Shown piece after piece: positions 25,018 through 32,687 of a stretch of DNA of 64,000 nt. Numbering within the stretch: position 1 is the stretch's first letter; each line of letters starts with the position of its first letter. The DNA lies in IMG/VR virus record IMGVR_UViG_3300035182_002586, positions 186,001 to 250,000 of that record, one strand, 5' to 3'. The translations under genes were made by a program, and so were the position numbers. The notes under the pieces are model-generated. The model made no database searches. It was not told where the DNA came from and saw only the letters and a list, made by a program, of their open reading frames with translations.

Positions 25018-25434
25018 TCAGCCCTTCGGAGGCTCCGGGGGCTCCGGGTCCTTGGGGATCGGGATCTCGGCCGGAGCTGCCACCGAGGCTGCGGGCGGCG
25101 TGGAGTCCTTGTCCTTGCCTCCCAGCTCCTTGATGAACTTGCGGAAGTGGACGTAGACCCACCCGCTCGCCAGGCCGCAGATCCCGCCGTACATCACACG
25201 AGCGAGCACGCTGGTGAGGAGCGGCGTCGGCCACGGGAACTTCTTCGACAGTAGGCCGAGAACCATCCCCGTGCCGATGGCACCGAGGGGCAGGAAGATC
25301 CCCGCGTAGTACCGGTTGGTCGGCGCGGCGAGCCACACGGTCTCGACGATGCGTCGGATCGCGTAGGTGAAGACGAACACGCCGAGGCAGAGCAGGCCGG
25401 TCTGCCAGTTCACGAAGGTGGAGAACAGGTCCAT
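25018..25434 (-). CDS. holin-like membrane protein (3 TM)
   Basis: 138 aa, three hydrophobic helices, GLASGWVY followed by a charged C-terminus. Confidence 0.55.
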   Translation of the reverse strand: MDLFSTFVNWQTGLLCLGVFVFTYAIRRIVETVWLAAPTNRYYAGIFLPLGAIGTGMVLGLLSKKFPWPTPLLTSVLARVMYGGICGLASGWVYVHFRKFIKELGGKDKDSTPPAASVAAPAEIPIPKDPEPPEPPKG

Positions 25435-25464
25435 AAGGGGGAAGCCCTTTCACCCCCTACCGGG

Positions 25465-25471
25465 GATAAGA
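25465..25471 (-). promoter_or_regulatory. putative late-promoter motif TCTTATC
   Basis: In the intergenic gap upstream of the holin-like gene. Confidence 0.45.
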
Positions 25472-25486
25472 AAAACAGGGAGATCG

Positions 25487-25756
25487 TCAGTTCTCCTTGA
25501 CTTTGACGCCTTCCGTCAGAGAGACGACGTGACTGGTGGAACGCGTCACGTTGACCTCAGGGTCCAACGAGCTGACGGACAGCTCGCCGGCCTCCCACTT
25601 GTCGATCTCCACGAGCTTGCTGTGGATGGTCGCTGCCTGGTCCGGCGTCAGAACGGGGCTGGAGAGATGGTCGTGGAGGCGCTTACGCGCCACCGCGGCT
25701 GCTTCCCGTCGCTGCTCTACCGGGATGTCCAGGTAGTTCATGTGCTTGACGGCCAT
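25487..25756 (-). CDS. small hypothetical protein
   Basis: ATG 25756 overlaps the upstream stop (TGATG). Confidence 0.7.
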   Translation of the reverse strand: MAVKHMNYLDIPVEQRREAAAVARKRLHDHLSSPVLTPDQAATIHSKLVEIDKWEAGELSVSSLDPEVNVTRSTSHVVSLTEGVKVKEN

Positions 25757-28700
25757 CAGGTCAACCTCGGGCTCAGGATGATGGTCGACGGATCGACCGC
25801 GTAGTGGACGTTGTTGGTCAGCAGCGGGTGCCCTTCGATGCGGTAGAGGTCTGCCGCTGCGGTCCCTTCGGCCGTCCCGTTCGTGCTGATGGCGATGTAG
25901 GAGGTCTTCGGGTTGGTGTCCTTGAGCTGGACGCCGTTCGTGATGACCAGCATCATCAGCTCGTCTCCCGGCGAAACCTCCGTGGCGCCTACGCTGGTGG
26001 GCGCGTTCCGAACGAGGAATGCTCGACCCGTGATGACGTTGGTGTGGCCTGCGGGTGCCTGGATCTGGCCTTGGGCGGCTACGACTTCCCCGCCCGGGTG
26101 CGAACCCGAAGCAGTGAAGGCGGACCCTCCACGGTTCGTCCGGAAGTTGACCAGGAGGGAGTAGTTCCCCTGTTCCCCGTCGACGTGCACCACAACGTCC
26201 CCGGGGGCGCCCGAAGCGGTCGAGGCAGCGTTGAGCGGAGCTTCCGACTGCTCCAGGGCACTCATCTGCGCGAGGCCCGCCATCAGCGTGCCCACGCCCG
26301 TGTTCCCGAGGTAGACGAACGTGCCTGCGGTCCCGTCCCCGAGGCCGAGGCTGCCCCCACGGAAGTCCTTGTCCCTCCACAGGGCGCCGAGCGGGAGACG
26401 CTCAGTGGCCCCTAGGTAGGCAGTATCGGCTTCGATGAGAGTGGCTTCGCCGCTCGCCGCTCCGTCGATCAGCACGCGCGGACGCGCTGCAATCGGAGAG
26501 ACCGGCGGGTAGACAGTGGGATCCTCGTAGCCCACGTTGCGGAAGTCGAAAGCGTTGGTGAGGAGGAGCGTCGGGTTCTTGGTGTCCCCGGAGAAGCGTC
26601 CCGTCCCGAGGGTCGTTGCGAAACCCACAGAGGCGAGGACTTCGAGGACCTTCTGGTTCGGCCGCGTGAGACCGTTCGGGATCAGGTGTGTGGTTGAGAG
26701 CTGGTAGGCGACGCCGCTCGTGAGAGGACCGGGGGCGTACCCGATGTCCGAGTAGCTCGTCTGCGAGCCCCACGCATCCCCCTGGTAGGGCGTACGCGAG
26801 TAGTTGACGACGACCTGATCGGTCCCCGTGGCGGGGCCCGGAAGCACGCTGGTCGGCCCGTTGATGATCGCGTTGACGTTGTTCGTGCGCACCGGGTCGA
26901 CGGCCTGGTTGCGCATCAGCGACGTGCTGGTCGGCCTCGTGAGCACGAGACGGAACTCGTGGTTGAGGTCGAACGAGCCCCGGTCGAAGCCGAAGATCGA
27001 CGACTCGATCACATAGTTCCCGGAAGCGAACGACGTGATCGGGTTGAGGACCGACTTCGAGAGGTCGAGCGCGTCGGCGTTGATGATGAACGTGCTGTCA
27101 CCATCGTCGTCGATCTCGACCCAGAAGGTCGGACCCTGGAAGTCCTGACGGAGCAGGTTGCGTGCGCCCGCGCCAGTGGGTGCACGCGTCGTCGGGTTGT
27201 ATGCCGACCCGTTGGCCTGGTAGTCACCCGCCTCATAGACGGCGAAGAGGCGGGCGATGCCGTAGAACGGCGGCAGTTCGAGGCCCATGCGGCCCAGGCC
27301 CCGGGTGTCCGTGAAGAAGCGGAGACCCGCGAACGTGATGCCACCGAAGGTGAACGCCGCGTTGTACGTCGCCGGGGTGCCCGGCGGGTTGAAGTTGAAC
27401 GTCGAGAAGATCGCGTACGACAGCGATCCGTTCGAGTACGGGACGTAGTTCTTGTCCCCGTCTGTGAAGGACGCGCCCTTCTTCGACAAGCACATGAAGT
27501 TGACGCCCTCAGCGAAGTTCGTGCTGGCCGCGTCCTGCCAGAGAATCGGGCAACGCACCTCGCCCCAACCGGGCACGAGATGCCGCGGAAGGGTCACGTA
27601 TAGGTTGTTGGTGCTCGCCGTGGGGAACGTCGTTCCCGAGAAGAGCTGGAGGGGATCGGTCGTTGCCCACTTCGGCGTGGCCGCATCCGCCTTGAGCAGC
27701 GGCATGAGGTTCTGCGCGTGCGAGAGCGTGTAGTTGACACCCACAGCCACGGGCATCGACGTTGCCAGCGTGAGCTTGGTCACGTCTGCGCCCGGAGCCA
27801 CCGCCGTCACGACGTAGGTTCCGGCTGCCCCACCGAGGGCTACAACGAGAACGTCTCCGATCTGCGTGCCCGCAGTGACGAAGTTCTTCGATGCATCCGT
27901 AAACGTCGTGGAACCAGCGCCGACACCCACAGTACCCGTCGTGAAAGACGTCGGGGCGACGTTGGCCGAGGTGCCGTCCATGGTCCGGAACTCGGTCGGC
28001 CACACGATGCGACGGAACGGCTGGAGGATGACCGTCTTCGAGCCGAGGTCCCCGTAGGTCTCTGCGGTCGAGGGTAGCGAGTTCTTGTACATCGCGCTCC
28101 GGTACTTCGACCAGAGCGGTGCCCACGTGATCCTCGTTGGCAGGTTCGTCGGCACGACCCCCGACTGCTGGAGAAGCAGCTCGGTGCTCGGGCTGATGTA
28201 GTTGACCGAGTGCATCGAGTCCGGCTTGCGGGAGAGACCGCGCCCTGCCCCGTACACGACGTGCGCCGTGATGTAGAGCTGGTTGCCGGTTGCCGGGAAG
28301 CTCGGTCCGAGCGTGATCACGAGGTCGTCGTTCGGCCCCGGGTTCGCCGGAGTCACCGTGTACAGTGACGCGGACACCGGGGTCGTCTGACCATCGACGC
28401 GGATGTCGACCGCGTGTGCGTACCCATCGTTGACGAAGCGCACCTGATCGGCGTCACCACCCGGGAGTCCGCTCTTGAACTGCGAAATCGGGATGGAGAG
28501 CACGTCGTTCGGAGAGAACACGCTCGGCGTTGCACGCGTCGTGTGCGTGACCGTCAGCGACAAGGACCACCCGACGTTGGACGGGGAAGGAACGGCCACG
28601 CCGTTGGCCTTCGCGATCAGCTCGACCGGCTGCAACGCAGCCGCGTCCGAGAAGATCATGCGGATGTCGTCGGCGCCGTCGAGACGAGTCACGCCGAGAG

Positions 28701-30096
28701 CAACACCACTGCCGACCGAAGCGATCTTGTCCTGGTACGCGACGAACGGACCCTGCGGCCCCGCGCCCGAGCGTTTCCAGTTGGCGCGGAGCTGTCCGCG
28801 CACGAGCTTGTCGAGGTTCGTTCGAAGCATCGCCTCGTAGTCGAACCCGTTCGGGTTGATCGCGTGGCGGAGATCGAGCACGTCGGTCGACGCGATCTGG
28901 TCCGAGAAGAGACCGTCAGGACGGCCTGACATGACCACGACCGGAGTGCCCGCTGCGTGCGTCTCGGCGCGGGTGCCGTTGACGCCACGGATCACGCCCG
29001 TGACGTTCGTACCCGTGATGCCCGCGTACGTCATCAGCTCGTCGCCGACCTTGATGAGGACCGGGAATGCAGGCGTCGCCGGGAGCGGCACCCCCGAGGA
29101 GGACGCCAGAACGAACGTCGTCGCAGCGGCCGTGATGGACGAAGCGAGCGTCGGAACCGTCGAGAACGTTAGGATTCCGGTTCGGTCGACCGCGAGCGGG
29201 TTCCGGTTGAACGCGCCGTTGAGGTTCTGGCTCGGGTCTCCCGACCAGGCCACGCCGTTGCGACGGAAGACGGCGGCGATCGGGATGGCGTACGTGTAGC
29301 CGTCGACCGTGCCGAGAGCGTTCGAGGTTCCATCCCCAGCTCGCCACAGACCGGGATCCCCCAGCGTGGTGCGCATGTTCTGGAAGATGAATGACGTCGG
29401 AGAAGCCGCAGCGCCCTGCGCCTTGACGATCGCCGGGTCGAAGCCGTCCGGGTTGCTCGTGAGACCCACGAGCCCCTTCGCGACACGGATGCGGTACTGG
29501 AGCTGGAGCCTCTGCGTCGTCTCGAAGCCGATGGCCGGATCGACGAGATCATCGGGGAGGAACGCGAAGCCACCCTCGACGTTGCCGTAGCGCCAGATGG
29601 CGGACCCTGCCGGCTTGTTCGTGGTCGACGGGTTCGGCGGGATACGCGCGACCCACGCCTCCAGGAACACGAAGTCGACTCGGAAGTCACCGCTGTTCGC
29701 GGGCGGGGGATCGAGAGCGATCACGTTCGTCGTGTCGCTGTTGTTCGGTGCACCGGGAGGCGTACCCGTACGCGTGCCTGCGACGGGGATGAGCCACCCG
29801 TTGACCGCAGCCCACATGACCGATTGGGTTTCGCCCGTGCGCTGACGTCCGAAGCGGAGCCAGTTCGACCACGCGGGGTTCGTCTGGAAGTCCGACGGGA
29901 GACTGGTTTCGTTGCCAAGCCAACCAGACGGGGTGTCTCGGAGGGCGCCCGTTCGGTGCTCCTCGTTCGAGATCTGCTGGAGGAAGTTCAACTCGGAGTC
30001 GAGCGGCGGCTTCCCTTCCTGCCAGAGAACCTGGAGGAATGCAGTACCTTGAGGGGCAAGAACCCGGGAGACCCCACCACCGAAGTTGTCGGTCAT
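25756..30096 (-). CDS. large virion structural protein (baseplate/tail-associated, DUF4815-like N-terminus)
   Basis: 1446 aa, G/T/P-rich and beta-rich. N-terminal WQEGKPPLDSELN; the first ~450 aa are paralogous to 43042-45630. Confidence 0.7.
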   Translation of the reverse strand: MTDNFGGGVSRVLAPQGTAFLQVLWQEGKPPLDSELNFLQQISNEEHRTGALRDTPSGWLGNETSLPSDFQTNPAWSNWLRFGRQRTGETQSVMWAAVNGWLIPVAGTRTGTPPGAPNNSDTTNVIALDPPPANSGDFRVDFVFLEAWVARIPPNPSTTNKPAGSAIWRYGNVEGGFAFLPDDLVDPAIGFETTQRLQLQYRIRVAKGLVGLTSNPDGFDPAIVKAQGAAASPTSFIFQNMRTTLGDPGLWRAGDGTSNALGTVDGYTYAIPIAAVFRRNGVAWSGDPSQNLNGAFNRNPLAVDRTGILTFSTVPTLASSITAAATTFVLASSSGVPLPATPAFPVLIKVGDELMTYAGITGTNVTGVIRGVNGTRAETHAAGTPVVVMSGRPDGLFSDQIASTDVLDLRHAINPNGFDYEAMLRTNLDKLVRGQLRANWKRSGAGPQGPFVAYQDKIASVGSGVALGVTRLDGADDIRMIFSDAAALQPVELIAKANGVAVPSPSNVGWSLSLTVTHTTRATPSVFSPNDVLSIPISQFKSGLPGGDADQVRFVNDGYAHAVDIRVDGQTTPVSASLYTVTPANPGPNDDLVITLGPSFPATGNQLYITAHVVYGAGRGLSRKPDSMHSVNYISPSTELLLQQSGVVPTNLPTRITWAPLWSKYRSAMYKNSLPSTAETYGDLGSKTVILQPFRRIVWPTEFRTMDGTSANVAPTSFTTGTVGVGAGSTTFTDASKNFVTAGTQIGDVLVVALGGAAGTYVVTAVAPGADVTKLTLATSMPVAVGVNYTLSHAQNLMPLLKADAATPKWATTDPLQLFSGTTFPTASTNNLYVTLPRHLVPGWGEVRCPILWQDAASTNFAEGVNFMCLSKKGASFTDGDKNYVPYSNGSLSYAIFSTFNFNPPGTPATYNAAFTFGGITFAGLRFFTDTRGLGRMGLELPPFYGIARLFAVYEAGDYQANGSAYNPTTRAPTGAGARNLLRQDFQGPTFWVEIDDDGDSTFIINADALDLSKSVLNPITSFASGNYVIESSIFGFDRGSFDLNHEFRLVLTRPTSTSLMRNQAVDPVRTNNVNAIINGPTSVLPGPATGTDQVVVNYSRTPYQGDAWGSQTSYSDIGYAPGPLTSGVAYQLSTTHLIPNGLTRPNQKVLEVLASVGFATTLGTGRFSGDTKNPTLLLTNAFDFRNVGYEDPTVYPPVSPIAARPRVLIDGAASGEATLIEADTAYLGATERLPLGALWRDKDFRGGSLGLGDGTAGTFVYLGNTGVGTLMAGLAQMSALEQSEAPLNAASTASGAPGDVVVHVDGEQGNYSLLVNFRTNRGGSAFTASGSHPGGEVVAAQGQIQAPAGHTNVITGRAFLVRNAPTSVGATEVSPGDELMMLVITNGVQLKDTNPKTSYIAISTNGTAEGTAAADLYRIEGHPLLTNNVHYAVDPSTIILSPRLT

Positions 30097-30238
30097 TTCT
30101 GCGATCCCTTCTGCATCCGGGGCCGCATCAATGGAAGCGCGGCCTCCCCGTGCGGAAGCATGAAAAGAAACGCGAGGGTGGCCCCTTGGCCCCGGTCGGG
30201 CACGAGACCTCCGGATGGGCTATGCCGCTGGTGTGGTC

Positions 30239-30270
30239 CGAGAATGTCCGAACGGGCACGAGAATGTCCG
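30239..30270 (+). repeat. 12-bp direct repeat CGAGAATGTCCG x2, 20-bp period, putative operator
   Basis: Copies at 30239-30250 and 30259-30270, ending 7 bp upstream of motif A. Confidence 0.6.
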
Positions 30271-30277
30271 CCCCCTC

Positions 30278-30309
30278 GATGGATCGCCCCCGGGGTCGCG
30301 CTGTACAGG
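30278..30309 (+). promoter_or_regulatory. promoter motif A (GATGGATC-N18-TACAGG)
   Basis: 18-nt spacer, followed by AGGAG SD and ATG 30326. Confidence 0.65.
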
Positions 30310-30325
30310 GTCTAGGAGTGTTCCC

Positions 30326-31348
30326 ATGACCAAGACCAAGACCCTCTTCGTAGCGGTGACTTCAGCAATTCTCGCGGCCTGTTCAGGTGGTAACTTCGAC
30401 GTCGCGCCGGGGGACGACGACTCGGCCACGCTGGACACCGGAGCGGAGATCGAGACCCTCCCCAACATCGATGCCCCCGAGGTCGGGGACACCGGGACCG
30501 ACACGGGCGCCTCTGAGGCCGGGGACACCGGGACGATCGACAGCGCTCCCGAGGCCGGGGACACCGGGTCGGATACGGGTGCCTCTGAGGCCGGGGACAC
30601 CGGGACCGACACGGGCGCCTCTGAGGTCGGGGACACCGGGGTGGCCGACAGCGCTCCCGAGGCCGGGGACACCGGGACCGACACCGGGATGGTCGACTCG
30701 GGGGTGGTGGCCGACTCCGGCGACTCCGGCGACTCCGGCCCTCCCTGTACAGAGTGGACGAGGCGGTGCGTGGGGATGCAGTTGGAGCAGTGCGTTAGCA
30801 CGAGCGACGGTGGTACGAGCGATAGTGGCACGAGTAGCACTGCGTGGGTGACCATTGGCGGCCTCTGTAACTACGCCTGCCTCGACGCCACGAGCACGAA
30901 GAGGGCCACGTGCGCGTGCGATGCACCTCTCGGACGCTTCTCGACGGTCGCGGACACCAAGTCGCCCGACGGGTACGCCATCAAGGACACGAAGACCGGC
31001 CTCACGTGGGCCGACAGCGACATCAAAGCGTCGTTGTCGGGGATCTCGTTGGCGTGCGCCTCTTACGGAAAAGGCGGATGGCGCGTGCCCACGAAGGCCG
31101 AGTGGGAAGCCATCCTAGGGCAGGTCACGGGTCCTGTTCCGTACACTACGAACTACGCGCAGGTCTCGTGTTACGGGCCGGACGCCCCTCCCGTGTTCAA
31201 GTTCCCTGTGACTACAACGTCCCCTCTGACGCAGTACTGGTCGAGTGATTCGACGCCCACGGGCACGCCTCTGGTCATCGACATCTACTACGGAGAGTGG
31301 GTCACGGCGCCGGCCTCGTCGAACCAGCTCCGCTGCGTCCACGATTGA
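30326..31348 (+). CDS. lipoprotein with DTG-repeat stalk, Cys-rich segment and DUF1566/Lcl (C-type-lectin-fold) C-terminal domain
   Basis: Lipobox LAAC; KDTKTGLTW...AC...GWRVPTKAEW...YWSS...LRCV. Confidence 0.8.
   Translation: MTKTKTLFVAVTSAILAACSGGNFDVAPGDDDSATLDTGAEIETLPNIDAPEVGDTGTDTGASEAGDTGTIDSAPEAGDTGSDTGASEAGDTGTDTGASEVGDTGVADSAPEAGDTGTDTGMVDSGVVADSGDSGDSGPPCTEWTRRCVGMQLEQCVSTSDGGTSDSGTSSTAWVTIGGLCNYACLDATSTKRATCACDAPLGRFSTVADTKSPDGYAIKDTKTGLTWADSDIKASLSGISLACASYGKGGWRVPTKAEWEAILGQVTGPVPYTTNYAQVSCYGPDAPPVFKFPVTTTSPLTQYWSSDSTPTGTPLVIDIYYGEWVTAPASSNQLRCVHD
30479..30694 (+). repeat. six in-frame 36-bp tandem repeats (EAGDTGTDTGAS-like)
   Basis: Units start at 30479, 30515, 30551, 30587, 30623 and 30659, each with GAGGYCGGGGACACCGGG. 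Confidence 0.9.
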
Positions 31349-31354
31349 AACGAC

Positions 31355-31390
31355 TCGACCCCTCACCAGTGTTCACTGGTGAGGGGTCGA
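31355..31390. terminator. perfect 17-bp inverted repeat (2-nt centre) at convergent gene ends
   Basis: TCGACCCCTCACCAGTG-TT-CACTGGTGAGGGGTCGA; no U-tract. Confidence 0.6.
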
Positions 31391-31978
31391 AGTGTCGACC
31401 CCTTCGACGAACTCCCACCGGAACCCGGCGACCATTGCAGTCACCCCTCGCGCACATCGAGCGAGAGTGTCAGGTGCGCATCCGACAACCCTCGCGGCTG
31501 CTGACAGGGAGGGGTACTCAGCTACCGTACTTCCAAGTGCGTCGATCTGACGAATTTTACACCGATGGGGGAAGGTGCGACCGAGACGTGAAGCCGCGAT
31601 CTTTTGCCGGTGCTCTTCGGTCTGAGGTCCCCGCTCCACCCCACGATTTCTCGTATGCCCCGCGTGTGCCTTACTCAGGGCAGCTTTCGTGGAGTCCGGT
31701 ATCCCAGGATGGGTGGCTTTGATCAAAGCTGACAGCTTTTCGATCGCCCCTGGTTGTGCGAACCGTCTCTTCTGAACTTCGCTCTGCTTCTTCCGGGTCT
31801 CTTCCTGAGTGCACCGCACATTACCGCCGGGCTCAAGATTGTAGCCAAACCTTCGATCTTGTGTTTGAAAGTGGCCTACCCACTTCATTTCAGCGGCGTT
31901 CGCCTCTACCTGTGTGGGGACGACTTCGAGGACGGTTAGGTCAAATGCGCCACGTCCGTACTTGAGAAGAGCACGGTA
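31373..31978 (-). pseudogene. 5'-truncated GIY-YIG endonuclease (NUMOD3/NUMOD1 tail retained)
   Basis: The frame opens after a TGA as YRALLKYGRGAFDLTVLE...E.KW...FGYNLEPGG. The GIY and YIG motifs are missing. Confidence 0.75.
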
Positions 31979-31992
31979 TCAATAGATCAGTG

Positions 31993-32682
31993 CTAATACG
32001 TGAGCGCCCACGAACCGATCCGCACGCGCTTGCTCGCGTGCGGGTTGGATAGCTTCAGGATGAAGCTGAGCCCCTGACTGGCCGGCGGGATGAAGACGAC
32101 AGCGCCGCTCGTGGCCGGCGTCCACGTGACCCCGTTGTCGAAGCTGACTTCCCCGGTGATGTACGTGGATGTAGCAGCGAGTTCACTGTAAACTCTCGTA
32201 AACCGAGACGTAGCGGGGTCAGTATCTACGGCCTCCCACAGCTCCCACGTGGGGACCACGTAGGCGGGCGCCGGTCCGACGAGCGGGATCATGACCGTCT
32301 GGAGCACCCCCGTCGGCGTGAGCGACCATGCCGGCTTGGGGTTGAGGGCCGGAGACGCTCGTTCCCCCATCGGCAGCGACGGCGGATTGGGTCCGTTCGG
32401 GCTGATGCCGTGAGAGTTCAGAGGGTCCACGTCGGCGGTGTTGAGGAGGTCGTCGTAAACAATCCTCGTGAACCCCGCGTAGTAGGCGAGAAGCCCCGCG
32501 TGCTTCTTGGTGATGAGGTCGGACAGGCTCGTCGGGGGCGTCAAGATAGACACCCCGTCCGGAACGCGGAGAACGAACTGACCGTTCAACGCAGACTGCC
32601 CGTTGGCGGGGTACCGCACGTCGACAATCTTGAGGTTGCTGACGACCGGCCCGAACATGTCGATGAGGTAGTGCGCTGACAT
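31993..32682 (-). CDS. putative virion structural protein
   Basis: ATG 32682 with GAGG SD; VSFDNGVTW (Asp-box-like); lies in the structural operon. Confidence 0.65.
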   Translation of the reverse strand: MSAHYLIDMFGPVVSNLKIVDVRYPANGQSALNGQFVLRVPDGVSILTPPTSLSDLITKKHAGLLAYYAGFTRIVYDDLLNTADVDPLNSHGISPNGPNPPSLPMGERASPALNPKPAWSLTPTGVLQTVMIPLVGPAPAYVVPTWELWEAVDTDPATSRFTRVYSELAATSTYITGEVSFDNGVTWTPATSGAVVFIPPASQGLSFILKLSNPHASKRVRIGSWALTY

Positions 32683-32687
32683 GTTCC

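Noticed and set aside
30479-30694. Constant 18-mer plus variable 18-mer array resembling a mini-CRISPR
   Set aside because: The period is exactly 36 bp and in frame inside a lipoprotein, the variable parts recur, and no cas operon is present. It is a coding repeat.
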